Of a stretch of DNA of 64,000 nt, positions 21,181 through 32,625 are shown piece by piece. Source of the DNA: Candidatus Bathyarchaeota archaeon (GTDB lineage Archaea; Thermoproteota; Bathyarchaeia; Bathyarchaeales; Bathycorpusculaceae); assembly GCA_963768425.1 (NCBI GenBank), contig CAVYHV010000017.1:192001-256000 (forward strand), given 5' to 3'. Every line of letters begins with the position of its first letter. The stretch's first letter is position 1. A model generated the notes under the pieces. The model worked only from the letters and a program-made list of their open reading frames with translations. It was not told where the DNA came from and did no database searches. The translations under genes and the position numbers were made by a program.

Positions 21181-22579
21181 GTGCCAAACCAAGAAAAACA
21201 TTTGATTCTTTTAATGACTACAGCGCCACCAGAAAACAGCGCATGGTACCTAGGCAAGCGGTTGCCTCCAATCGGCTTAATGTACGTTGCAGCAGCACTT
21301 GAAAAAGCAGGCTTTGACGTGCAAATGCTCGACAACTACCTCATGAAAAAGCCAGTAAGTGAACTCAAACAGTTAGTTACAAGTCTTAACCCGAAAATCG
21401 TGGGGATTACATGCGGTTCAGCAACCTACAGACGCTGCATAGAAACTGCAAAAGCAATCAAAGAGGTTCTTCCCGGTTGCAAAATAGTTGTAGGAGGATG
21501 GCATGCCTCGTACGTGCCTGATAGCCTACTTGAAAACCCAGAAATCGACTATGTAGTCATGGGCGAAGGAGAACGTGCGGTTACCCAACTTGCTACTTGC
21601 ATCGTGAACGACAATGAACCTCAAGCAATGACACTTGCTGGTGTTGCATGCAGACGCCAAGGCAAAAACATCAAGAACCCGCCAAAATTCATTGAGAACA
21701 TGGATGAAATTCCATACCCCGCCAGACATCTGCTACCGCTTGAACTCTACGACCGAACAATAGAGTACCTAAACGTTAAACCATCCGACGTCATGAGTAT
21801 CGCGAGAGGATGCGTCTACAACTGTGGTTTCTGTGAAACACGCAAACTGTGGGGTAACATTTGCCGAGCTTTCACTCCCCAAAGGGTTATCGGCGAAATC
21901 AAAGACTTGCAGAGCAGATACGGCACAAAAGGAATCTACTTCATCAACGACAACTTCACTCTTAGAAAAAAAGAAACTCTTGAACTCTGCAACCTAATGG
22001 TAAAGGAAAAACTCGACTTAGAATGGGTATGCGACACCAGGGTCGATTTAGTCGATCAGGAACTTCTGGAGGCCATGAACAAAGCAGGATGCAAAACCAT
22101 TTGGTTCGGGGTCGAATCAGGCTCTCAAAGGATTCTTCAGCGCATCGGCAGAAACACAACCCTTGGAGCAGATTGAAACCGCATTCAAACTCTGCCGCAA
22201 AAACGGAATGCAGACAGCTTGCTCTTTCATGCTTGGCGTTCCAGACGAAACACTCAAAGAAATGGAAGCGTCACTTAAGTTCGCCAAGAAACTTGATCCT
22301 GACTGGTGCATATTTAACATCTTCATTGCTAATCCAGACAGCCGACTCTACCAAGAAGTCTTAGACTCAAAAAACTACACACAACTCGACGACTTTTTGC
22401 TCGCCGTAAAAACCAAAGAGTGGGACTACAACTCGTTGCTGGCGGTTCAACGCAGGTTCTTCAGGGACTTTCACCGTTCTCCCAAACAAATCATGAAGAG
22501 AATCAGGCGTGAAGGCGTCGTGAACTTTGCAAAGCGAAGATTAAATCCCAAAGCACACCAAAACGTTGGAATCGCATAG
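21181..22579 (+). CDS. Cobalamin-binding radical SAM protein #4 (frameshift at ~22165)
   Basis: PPIGLMY, GGWH, GEGE, RGCVYNCGFC, GVESGS; ORF 22163-22579 continues the homology to #2. Confidence 0.92.
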
Positions 22580-23399
22580 CTATTTTTTAGCTATCCAACA
22601 ACTCATCTCAGGGCTGCAGAGAAGACGATAAAATGACTGCAAGCGGGCTGGGAATCCACGTGCTTGTTTCGTAGTAGTCTGATACGCTTAGAAAACAGAT
22701 AGTTTTCATTTTTGAACACGCGCCCTATGCTATCATGGTCTAGAGCGTGCTCTTTTTTGTGCCAGTAATCAGACAACTCATAATCGATTGAAGGAACTTT
22801 CAGCCCAGTGATTTGAAAATACAAACTGTTTAACAGCGGGTTCGAGTGCAAATAGATTCCTTTCACAATGGTTGATAGGCTGCTTGGTTCATTTTTCCAG
22901 TAGAAAGGGGAGGCTTCGTGGTCAAGGTACATTACGCCGCCTTTCTTTAGAAAAACGGAGAGGCAATGGAGAGCGCCGACATAGTCGGGCAGATGATGAA
23001 GCACGGAGTAGCATGTCACTAAGTCAAATTTTCCCTCTTCAAAAGACAACTCTTCAATGGGCGAACAAATCACGGTTAACTTGTTGTTTTGCAGGTACCC
23101 GGGGTATTTTCTTTTAAGAATCGCGCACATTTCCTGCGAGATATCCACAGCTGTTACGGTGTAGCCCATCTGCAAAAGTTTGCCTGTTAGGTTGCCGGTG
23201 CCTGCTCCAACATCCAAGAGCTACTTTGTGGTTTTCCGTTACAAGCTTGTCGATCTTCTTGCAGTTTAGCAGCTGTTCTTTTCTGTTCTTGTTTTGAGTA
23301 CACTTCTGGGTGAAGCAGTTCATAGTATTGTGCTTCAAGATGGTGGACAGTTATGTTTGCTTGATGAATTTTTTCTTTAAGCGTTGGGTCTTGAAGCAA
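22580..23399 (-). CDS. Class I SAM-dependent methyltransferase (frameshifted)
   Basis: LDVGAGTG, VDIS, FDLVTCYSVLHHL, LKKGG; ORF pieces 23187-23399, 23114-23338, 22603-23217; reconstructed end EMSCWIAKK* at 22580. Confidence 0.8.
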
Positions 23400-23526
23400 C
23401 GTGTACTCCCCACTTTAGCGGGTTAGTCTTGCCAATAAACGCTTTTCAACATTTAAAGAATTTGAAAAATGCTGGTTTAATAGTTAAATAAAAAAGAAGG
23501 GGGAAATGGTTTTTCCCTTGGTTGTT

Positions 23527-26297
23527 TTATGCGTGTTTTCTCATCATAAGAAGCGCTAATACTGCGCCGATTATGATTATCACGATGATGATTGCGATGC
23601 CTACGTATTCGACTGTTGATTCACTTGCTACTCCGGTAAGTGGTGTTGCAGTTGGTGCTTCGGTTGCATGTGCTCCGGTTGCGTACGAAGCTTGTTTCTG
23701 CAGATGATGGCCAGTAGCCGTTGGTGCCTGCGAAAGTGGCGAATACTGTGAAGTTGCCTGCGATTGTTGGTGTGTATGATAGGGTGTACATGCCGCTTGC
23801 GTCAGTTGTTGCTGTTCCGACTGGGTAGTGGTTTCCGTTAGAGTCTAAGACTGCGATTTGCACTTTAACGCCTGTGAAGTTGGTTGGCATATGCCTGTTG
23901 CTGGTAGACGTAGCCCATCCATGCTTGCATGCTTGCGTCAGAGGCGCATGGGACACCGTTTGGAAAGTCGCCTTTCTGCTGTGTTCCCTGTGTGCCAGTT
24001 GCAGTATCCACGACTGAACCGCGTATCACTACTGGTACTCCGACTGTTGTTGCAACGTTTGGTGCGTCGACGGTTGTTTGGCTGGGTCCTCTGCCTACGA
24101 CGTAGATTGAGTTGTCGTAGCCGTTGAACCAGGTGTTATAGCCGTCTGCCATAGCATATGAAGTTGTGAAGAATTCGCCTGTGTAGCCTGAAAGACTCCA
24201 TATTTCTTGTCCGGTTGTAGCGTTAATAGCGACGTTCACTCCGCCCTTGAAAAGCGGTGTTTCGATAGTGTGCTCTGTGGTTACCATGTATACTACGCCG
24301 TTGCCGATTGCGTTGATCTGCATTGGGTAAACACCGAATGGAGTGTTAAAGCCAGCGTATGAACTGTTGGTAGAGCCTGTTGCGCCATTACCCCAAGTCC
24401 ACAGTAGGTTTCCAGTAGTCAAGTCCCAAGCAGTAGAGTATTCCTGCGTAGCCTGTGCTGTAGAGTTTTCCGTTAGCTGCGACTCCTCCGATGATTGGAA
24501 TTGCTGGGTTGCCGTAGTAGTCAAGAGCCGCCATTGACGCGGTTGGACCCCAAAGCTTCTGACCTGTCGACATGCTGTAGCCTACCCATTGCATGGTTTC
24601 TTTGTATGCTTCTGTGAAGACGCCGTGACCGCCGTTAGCTGTTATATCTGCCGGACCTGGTTCTACTGTGATGTTTCCTGCTGGTGCTTGTAACCGTGTT
24701 AGTCCACAGAACAGTGCCAACGCTGCCTGGTGCCATGTTTATGCCATAGTATGTGTAAGGTGTCCAGACTATCGGATGGAGAATGTCTGCAAAAGGGCCA
24801 CCTGGGAAAGTGCCAGTTGATCACAATCAGCTTCCTTGTTGTAGAAAGCATCTTGTATCGTAGGTGCGGCTGGTAAGGGTCGGCATCGAAATGTTAAAGT
24901 CTAACAAGGCTTGGGATTGCTTCCGTTGAGTATAGTGTCGGACCGGACTTAGGCTTGGCACTGTTGAAGCACCGGAATATGTATTGTCCCATAGTTTGGA
25001 TGAGTTCCATTCTTGCAAGTACACTTTTAGAGGTCCTGAAGGAACGGTAACCGGAATGGGATAGTCATTGTGAGTTGGTCCGTAGTTTACGAAGGATATG
25101 TGACGAGATATTCGCCTGATGGACCCGAGCATCGTTGTGCCGGCGGGAACATTGGTTATGTTGAAAATCGATGTTCCTGTGAAGGCATCATAGGCATACC
25201 AGTTGCCTGGAGCACCGGCTCCGAAGAGTACCACCGTTGAGGCAGTTGAAGATATTAGCACTGGTGGCCAGACGCCGTGTTGGTTAGGGTCTTCAGCATC
25301 ATATATGTATGCGAAGCTGATATGCTTTCATGTTTGGGTTAGTCCAAAGTGTCTGTCCTGTTTGCAGGTCAACGCAGGTTGTTGCTCCGTATCCTTGTGC
25401 AACCGGTTCCTCCTGCGACACCAGACCAGCCTATCTGGTTGGTGTAGATGAGCATTCCGTCGACGATTATTGGGTTGGTGTATCTTTGGCTGTATGCTGA
25501 TCCTTCGAAGTAGGTGTTTCCTGGAATAGCAACTGTGTTTCCTCCGACGACTCCGCCGCTTTGAATCTGTTTAGTCCACATGACATGGCTGGTTAGTGAT
25601 CCGACTGCATCGCCTGGGAATGATTGCTGGTTTGAAGTTCCGCCCCAGCCTGCGTAGCCTGGGCTTCCGGTGCCTAGCCAGTTTGACGAGAGGGTGTACC
25701 AATAGGTGTTTTCGCCGTAGATTGGTCGAGTCCAGTATGCCGTTGGTAGTGGGCCGCTTGCCGTCGCTCCAGCAATGGGTGAAGATTGCACAGTGAGAGT
25801 TGTTGATGCGGTGCTTGGTGCATAGGTATCATTGATATATGCGTTCGGAAAGTTGGTGGACCAAAAAGTGTGGCCTCAGATTAGCATCGTTGGCGAGCGT
25901 TAGTGTCTGTCCTGGGAATATGAATGTTAACTTGTAGGTGCCAACTGTATTTGGAGTGAAGGCGTAGTCTTGTGCGGATGTCGTGTCTTGAACCACTGGG
26001 AAAGTTTCTGTTGTGTTTGTGCCGTCTGGAGCCGTAATAACCAGCTGGTAATCATGGAATCGATAGTTGTTAATTGTATAGCGTGTTGTCATAGAGCTTG
26101 TCAAGCCACATGATAACGTACGCTTGCTGGCCGACGCCGATTGGGTTAGGTGATACAGTGATAAAAGCGTATGTTGGAATAGTCCATGCGGGTGTATGTG
26201 CATTTGCGGAGGGTATAAGCATCATTGAAGCTGTCATTGAAAATATGAATAGTATCGAAATTGCAATAGAGATTGTTTTGTTTTTTCCAATTTGCAT
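23527..26297 (-). CDS. Large secreted, C-terminally anchored PQQ-like beta-propeller surface protein (many frameshifts)
   Basis: Signal peptide (MQIGKNKTISIAIS...SANA), PLPTAYWTRPI, W/TG repeats, GYDNSIYVVGRGPS, C-terminal Ig-like domain, TM helix and basic tail (RKHA*); split into at least 7 ORFs. Confidence 0.75.
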
Positions 26298-26808
26298 TTT
26301 TTCTTTTCTCCTTAAAATTGGTAGGTTATACTACGGAGAAGTTTACTTATAAGTTTATTGCTGGGCATTCAAATTAGCGCTTCTTTTGTTATCTAAAAGT
26401 TTTCTTTTTAAACCTTTCAGTTCCAAAGTTTACACTAAGAAATTGACTGCAAAGCAAAGTTTCAGTTGAAGCTAGCTTGATTTGAAGAATCTGAATCGCT
26501 CAGGTTACTATTTATTGCCGTTTAGTTAACGAATGGTTACGTTTAACTCGTACGCACAAGATTAATTGAATTAAGCGTTTGAAAACCAAGCAACCCCGTT
26601 TATCTACCTCTTAGTTAACAAGATAGCCGAAAAGAAGAATATTTTGTCTTCAAGCAACATTTGAAACTTGCCATTTGTTGCTCATTCAGAAAGATGGACC
26701 TTCAAACCAAAAAGGCAACCGTATTTTAAACATTGTGAAGAGAAATTTTATATAAAACGCTCATATGTTTGGCTGTTATATCTTTCAACATCTAAGGGTT
26801 AATGGAGT

Positions 26809-27831
26809 TTGGCGGCAAAGATAGATGAAATCGATGCGAAAATTATTAAAATCCTACTTTTAGAATCGCGGACAAGCTTCACCGACATAGCTGCTGAATG
26901 CAAAATAACCGTGACCGCGGTTCGGATGCGTTATAAACGTTTATGGAGAGACGGCGTAATTAACGGTGAAAAAATGCTTGTCAATCCCCACTGCCTGGGT
27001 TATCCGCATATTGCAGATTTGGGAATGATAACTTCGGTTGAAAACGAGGAAGAAGTCAAAAAATTTCTTGAAAGCAAACCTTACATAGGCGAATTGATCG
27101 GTCCCTTGGGGCATTACAGTTTTTGGGGAAAAGTCGCCTTACGTGAACTAAACAAACTTCATGACATAATCGAGGATTTAGAGTCAAACAGCAACATCAA
27201 GCATGTTGACGCGTTTATCTGGGCAGAAGCCATAAACGTTGAGTTCCCGCAAAACCTGATTATCAACCCGTTAGATCGGGAGAACCCTCAGAAAATCGTG
27301 GAGCAACCACCCTTAATTAACCTAAACCAAGCAGCATGTGCCTTTGACGAAGTCGACAAGAAAATTGCGTTAATTCTCACGCAGAACTCCCGCACCCCTT
27401 TCAAAAGCATCGCGGCAGAATTGAAGATTTCAAGCAAAACCGTAATTCAACGATACAAGAAGCTCCGGGAAACCCTGTTGACCCGTTCAACCATAACCAT
27501 CAACCTACATAAGCTCGGGTACAACGCACTCGCTAACGTTTTCATAAAAGTTTCGAACCGCAGCAAAATGCCCGACCTATACTCTCAGCTGCTTCAAATT
27601 CCCAACGTAATAGTTATCATGCGGCAGATAGGAGCCTACGACTTGTACTGCGCGATTCCCTTGGAAGATTTCGAGAAACTGTTTGAAGCCAACGAGAAAA
27701 TTCTGAGGATCGCCGGAGTTGAAACAGCAGAAGTTTACCTTACACCAGTTCCGCCTGCTTGGCCGCTGAATTTGTTCCCTTCGCTGATTGAAAGCGAATA
27801 CATGAAGCCGAAGTATTGGCCTGGCAAATAA
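26809..27831 (+). CDS. Lrp/AsnC family regulator with two tandem HTH-RAM units
   Basis: IDEIDAKIIKILLLESRTSFTDIA and FDEVDKKIALILTQNSRTPFKSIA, each followed by a RAM-like domain (GAYDL). Confidence 0.88.
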   Translation: MAAKIDEIDAKIIKILLLESRTSFTDIAAECKITVTAVRMRYKRLWRDGVINGEKMLVNPHCLGYPHIADLGMITSVENEEEVKKFLESKPYIGELIGPLGHYSFWGKVALRELNKLHDIIEDLESNSNIKHVDAFIWAEAINVEFPQNLIINPLDRENPQKIVEQPPLINLNQAACAFDEVDKKIALILTQNSRTPFKSIAAELKISSKTVIQRYKKLRETLLTRSTITINLHKLGYNALANVFIKVSNRSKMPDLYSQLLQIPNVIVIMRQIGAYDLYCAIPLEDFEKLFEANEKILRIAGVETAEVYLTPVPPAWPLNLFPSLIESEYMKPKYWPGK

Positions 27832-27928
27832 CGAATTCCGTCAAAAGTTTCTTACTTTGCGTTTTTTTCCCAAAATGCGAAATGTTTAAGCATCAAACGG
27901 ACATTTTTGAGGGGTAAACAGTGAAGCT

Positions 27929-29323
27929 GTGAACCACAAAATGAAGCCTCATGTTACTCTCGTTAACCCAGCGGCTCCAGCTATGGCTGTGATGCACCTG
28001 CCGTTCGCTCTTTTAGGCCTAGGGTATTTGGGCGCGGTTTTGGAGCAAAACCAGTTCCCAGTCGATGTAATTGATTGCCAGGTACTCAAGTTATCTTTTG
28101 AAGATTTCAGAGCCGAGATATCTAAACGTCAGCCAGATATCGTAGGGTTCACCTCATCCACATTGACGTACAATACCGCGATGAAGCTAGTTAAGATCGC
28201 AAAAGAGGCTTGCCCCAAATGCATAACAGTTGCCGGCGGCGCCCACGTTACGTTTTGGGATGACAAGGCCCTTGAAGAATGCCCGCAGCTCGACGTCGTT
28301 GTAAGGAAAGAGGGAGAGTACACGTTGTTGGAGCTGGCGCAGAGAGTTGAAGCAGACAAAAGCTTCGATGACGTGATCGGGACAACCTGCAGAAAGGACG
28401 GAAAAATAATCAGGAACCCCGATCGACCATACATCGAAGATTTAGATTCGTTACCGTTTCCGGCGCGGCATCTTTGGCCAATGGAGCGTTTCCGTGAATT
28501 GGAAGATATACTTTACCTTGCAACGAGTCGAGGATGTGTGTATTGGTGCGAATTCTGCTCAACAGTGAGAATGCACGGCCGCAAATACCGAATGAGAAGC
28601 CCAAAAAACGTCGTTGACGAAATCGAACTTCTGCATAAAACTTATGGCATCAGCAAATTCACGTTCTGTGACGACGCTTTCACCGTTGACCAGCCCAGAG
28701 CCGAGGAGTTATGCAACGAAATCATGAAGCGCGGCTTGAAGATCGAGTGGAACTGCGGAACAAGAGTTGACATGCTCACCAAAGACTTGCTTTTGAAAAT
28801 GAAGAATTCGGGCTGCATAACAGTGTGGTTCGGCGTTGAATCAGGTTCCCAGCAAGTCTTAGACGCCATGAAAAAAGGCATCACCCCCGAATTAACCATG
28901 AAAGTTCTCGGTTGGCTAAGCGAACTGGGCATGACGCCTATCCCCAACGTTATCTTAGGCTTCCCAGGAGAAACCAAGGAAAGCGCATGGAAAACCATCA
29001 GGTTTGTTGAAAAAATATCTCCTCACGACACCGGCTTCTACAATGTTGCGACGCCGTTTCCAGGAACGCCGATGTATGACATGGTGAAGGAGAAAGGCTG
29101 GCTTAAAGTGACTGATTTTGACATGTACGACACCTGCCACCCCATCTTTGAAACTCCGACAATGAGTATGAAAGAGCTTGGGAAACTGCGACAAGCCGCG
29201 TACATGCACTTCTACCTTCGCAGAGGATACTACTTTGACAAAAGAAGAAGATTCAAACTGAATACAGCGCTGGTTGTTGGGTACAATCTTGTTGCGTACA
29301 TCAAGCTAAAACTTAGGAAATAG
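27929..29323 (+). CDS. Cobalamin-binding radical SAM protein #5
   Basis: LVNPA, LGLGY, GGAH, EGE, SRGCVYWCEFC, GVESGS, TPFPGT. Confidence 0.93.
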   Translation: MNHKMKPHVTLVNPAAPAMAVMHLPFALLGLGYLGAVLEQNQFPVDVIDCQVLKLSFEDFRAEISKRQPDIVGFTSSTLTYNTAMKLVKIAKEACPKCITVAGGAHVTFWDDKALEECPQLDVVVRKEGEYTLLELAQRVEADKSFDDVIGTTCRKDGKIIRNPDRPYIEDLDSLPFPARHLWPMERFRELEDILYLATSRGCVYWCEFCSTVRMHGRKYRMRSPKNVVDEIELLHKTYGISKFTFCDDAFTVDQPRAEELCNEIMKRGLKIEWNCGTRVDMLTKDLLLKMKNSGCITVWFGVESGSQQVLDAMKKGITPELTMKVLGWLSELGMTPIPNVILGFPGETKESAWKTIRFVEKISPHDTGFYNVATPFPGTPMYDMVKEKGWLKVTDFDMYDTCHPIFETPTMSMKELGKLRQAAYMHFYLRRGYYFDKRRRFKLNTALVVGYNLVAYIKLKLRK

Positions 29324-29425
29324 AAACACAAAAAAGTCTCAGAGGAAACGCAGGGAAACAATTCTTTTTCCTTCTTGACCGTAATTGATATTAGTTTTTG
29401 CCACAATGTTTAGCGTAAACCTTGG

Positions 29426-30421
29426 TTGGTGTCAAACGTTCCGCTCCTTACCATATTGGTCGCCGTCGCCGTCATGACTTTAGCAATTGCCTTAGATTTG
29501 GCTGTGGGAGACCCTTCTCCGAATTACCCTGACAAGTGGGTCTTCAAGCTTCACCCAACCGTAGTCATGGGTAAATACACCAAGAAAATTGAGCCATACT
29601 TCAAGAACCCAGACCCGAAAGTGGAAAAGTTCCTCGGCGCCCTCTTGGCGCTGACGGTAATAGCCACCTTCGCGGTCCCAGCCTATTTTGGCTTATGGGC
29701 AATCTACACTTACATAAGCATCTTCGTTTACGCGTTCGTCGGCATAATACTGGTGAAAATGACCATTTGCATCAAGCTTGAAACTGATTGGGCAAAAGCA
29801 GTAGCCAAAGCGATTCAGGCGGACGAGATTGCAGAAGCCAAGAAGTACAGTCACTTCTCGAGGAGAGACTCAACAGATCTCAACGGTCCACAGATGGGCA
29901 GCGCAGTAATCGAGTCCATGGCTGAAAATCTGATCGACTTCAAACTCTCGCCCATGATGTCCTTCGCCCTGTTCGGTGTTACAGGCGCAATCGCTTTTAG
30001 AGCAATCAACACGCTTGACGGAATGGTAGGCTTCAAAGACAAAGAGCACATCAACACAGGATGGTTCAGCGCAAACCTTGACACCGTCGTCAACTACATA
30101 CCAACAAGGCTTACTGCCTTGCTAATGATTGTGGCAGCAGCTATATTGCGGAAAGACGCTAGGAACGCTTGGAGAATCGCTTGCAGAGACCACAAGAAAA
30201 CGCCAAGCAGAAACCATGGTTGGCCAATGGCTGCGATGGCTGGTGCTTTGCGGATTCAGTTGGAGAAGCCTGGGCAGTACGTTTTGGGGGACAGTCAAGA
30301 GCCTTTGACGGGTGAGAAGATTTTGGGTGCCCTGCGGATTAGGGACGTGACGATTGTTCTTTGGGGGCTGATTTGCGTTGGGGTCATTGTGGGTGTGCGC
30401 TTGTACTTTTTGCCGATTTAG
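29426..30421 (+). CDS. cbiB: Adenosylcobinamide-phosphate synthase CbiB
   Basis: GDP...HP, ESMAEN, FRAINTLDGMVG, NYIPTRL, SRNHGWPMAAMAGAL; TM helices. Confidence 0.92.
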   Translation: MVSNVPLLTILVAVAVMTLAIALDLAVGDPSPNYPDKWVFKLHPTVVMGKYTKKIEPYFKNPDPKVEKFLGALLALTVIATFAVPAYFGLWAIYTYISIFVYAFVGIILVKMTICIKLETDWAKAVAKAIQADEIAEAKKYSHFSRRDSTDLNGPQMGSAVIESMAENLIDFKLSPMMSFALFGVTGAIAFRAINTLDGMVGFKDKEHINTGWFSANLDTVVNYIPTRLTALLMIVAAAILRKDARNAWRIACRDHKKTPSRNHGWPMAAMAGALRIQLEKPGQYVLGDSQEPLTGEKILGALRIRDVTIVLWGLICVGVIVGVRLYFLPI

Positions 30422-30458
30422 TGCAAAGTTTTAATCAAAGCGCCAATGGTATTATGGC

Positions 30459-31922
30459 TTGAGAAGTACGTGCATGCGAGTTTGCTTGATTAATCCGCCT
30501 CGAATCCAGCCTAAAGCATGGGGAAAACCAAACGTGTTCCCACCTATAGTTTTGGCTTCGGTTGCCGCCGTCCTCGAGAAAAAGCATGCTGCATCTATCA
30601 TCGACGCGCCAACCGAAGGCTGGAGAGACGTCACGGAGCTGGATGAAACCAAGTACCGGGTCGGCTTAAGCGATCAAACCATAGCTGAACGCATCAAACA
30701 ATGGAAACCCGACGTTGTCGTCATGGAGATTCCTTTCTCTGGTTGGTCAACCACTGCGTTCGCGGTTATCCACGCGGTAAAAGCAGCAAACAAAAAAATT
30801 GTTACAGTGTTAATGGGTCAGCATCCTTCGGCTCGACCCGAGGCTTGCCTTTCGGATTCGGATATCGATTTTGTCGTTGTGGGTGAACCTGAAAATACGG
30901 TTTTCGAGCTAATCGAAAAGCTAGAGGAAGGTAAACGGGATTTCAGCGGCATAGAAGGGTTAGTCTTCTTGGAGAATGGGAAACCGACTTACACGAAACC
31001 ACGCGCAATTATTGCCGATTTGGATTCGCTGCCGTTTCCCGCTAGGCATCTGCTTCCTATGAAGGTTTACAATGAAGCCGTTAAGGAAAACCCGTTGAGG
31101 GGTGAGATTAGCATGCCTTGGACTATCATGACGACCAGCAGAGGCTGCCCATACAGATGCGTTTTCTGCACGAACTTCATCGTTTGGGGTAGAACCTGGC
31201 GTGGCAGAAGCCCCAAAAACGTAGTGGACGAGCTTGAATCGGTTGTGAAGACTTACGGGGTAAAGCAGATTGACTTCTACGACGAGAACATGACTTTTGA
31301 CAAGAAACGCATGGCAGAAATCTGCGACCAAATAGTTGAGCGAGGCTTACACATAGAGTGGTTCACACCTAACGGCATTCGAGCAGACACGCTTGATGAA
31401 ACCCTTCTGCGAAAGATGAAACAAGCGGGCTGCAAGAAAATCCGCGTTGCCCCAGAATCAGGAGTCCAACGGATCGTCAACGAAGTTATCGGGAAAAGCT
31501 CAGATTTGAAGGCTGTCGAGAACGCCGTTGTTTTGTGCAAAAAGGTCGGGATCAAAGTAGGCTGCTTTTTCGTCTTAGGATTAATCGGGGAAACCAAAGC
31601 TGACATCGAAGAAACCATAAAATTCGCCTACAAACTCAGACGCCTAGGCGCTGATAGCCTCATATTCAGCATAGCAATGCCCATTTACGGCACGGCGCTC
31701 TATGATCAGGCAAAGCAAGGCGGCTACCTAAAAGAAGGCTTCTGCGACTACGCATTAGCAGCCACAGAACCCTTGATTGAAACCCCTGAATTCACAGCGC
31801 AAGACCTACAGGTTCTCTGCATGAAGGCAAACATGGCAAACCCAACTTTCACTAAAGCAAAAATCGCAAGAGCACTGCGCCACCCAAAGAAAACCGCCAA
31901 GATACTGCTCAAAATGAAATAA
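30459..31922 (+). CDS. Cobalamin-binding radical SAM protein #6 (most divergent)
   Basis: LINPP, GQHPS, GEPE, PFPARHL, SRGCPYRCVFC, APESG, GET. Confidence 0.92.
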   Translation: MRSTCMRVCLINPPRIQPKAWGKPNVFPPIVLASVAAVLEKKHAASIIDAPTEGWRDVTELDETKYRVGLSDQTIAERIKQWKPDVVVMEIPFSGWSTTAFAVIHAVKAANKKIVTVLMGQHPSARPEACLSDSDIDFVVVGEPENTVFELIEKLEEGKRDFSGIEGLVFLENGKPTYTKPRAIIADLDSLPFPARHLLPMKVYNEAVKENPLRGEISMPWTIMTTSRGCPYRCVFCTNFIVWGRTWRGRSPKNVVDELESVVKTYGVKQIDFYDENMTFDKKRMAEICDQIVERGLHIEWFTPNGIRADTLDETLLRKMKQAGCKKIRVAPESGVQRIVNEVIGKSSDLKAVENAVVLCKKVGIKVGCFFVLGLIGETKADIEETIKFAYKLRRLGADSLIFSIAMPIYGTALYDQAKQGGYLKEGFCDYALAATEPLIETPEFTAQDLQVLCMKANMANPTFTKAKIARALRHPKKTAKILLKMK

Positions 31923-32358
31923 CGAAAAGAGCCTGTGCTTTGATTTTATTTGTGTTTTTTTCACAAATATTGGATTTTTGGTTAAATTGAACCTGCAGGT
32001 TCAAAAAGTTGGTCCATTTGCAGTTGAATGATGGTTAGATTGGGCTTAAAATTGGAAATGCCGCACGAAAATGACTTTTAGGGGTTGGAAAAATTGAACT
32101 ATTTTGATGTTGAAGTGGATCTTGTTTGAACTAAGTACATGTTGTAATCAAGCAACTTCTCAGTGGTCTTGATTTTGTGTTAGCATCTATGCCGTGAACT
32201 GGCATAGCAGGCCTAAAACAGCGTTGTATTTCGCGGTAAATTTTTTCTCGCAGTTCTAACTGTTTTGCCCAAAAAAGTATTCGAATAGACAAGCAGTAAA
32301 GCGCTAAGGGTAGAGTTCTCGCAAGTTTTATAATCCTCTCTCGGGTTCAACCTTAAAC

Positions 32359-32625
32359 ATGAGCGGTTCTTCCAGCAGATCACTGCTTGTTATCAAGGTT
32401 GTTGGGGAGATGCTGTTCTTCTTTGGTTTCCTCGCCTGGCTAGATGGCGTGGTTATACAGGTTACCCACCCTGATTGGCTGCCATTGCCTGTTTCCCATT
32501 TCTTGAATGTTAGAACAGATACTTTCACGATCGCCATGTTTTTTGTCAGCGCCCTTGGATTTTTCATTTGGAGAGTTGTCGCTGAACTAACCAAAGCTGA
32601 ACAAAGCAAACCCCAAATCGACTAG
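32359..32625 (+). CDS. Small two-TM membrane protein
   Basis: 88 aa, two hydrophobic segments, TATA-like TTTATAA upstream. Confidence 0.6.
   Translation: MSGSSSRSLLVIKVVGEMLFFFGFLAWLDGVVIQVTHPDWLPLPVSHFLNVRTDTFTIAMFFVSALGFFIWRVVAELTKAEQSKPQID

Noticed and set aside
3511-22200. Programmed ribosomal frameshifting in tes, cobS and the rSAM genes
   Set aside because: No consistent slippery heptamer or downstream structure; indel directions vary, which fits sequencing error better.
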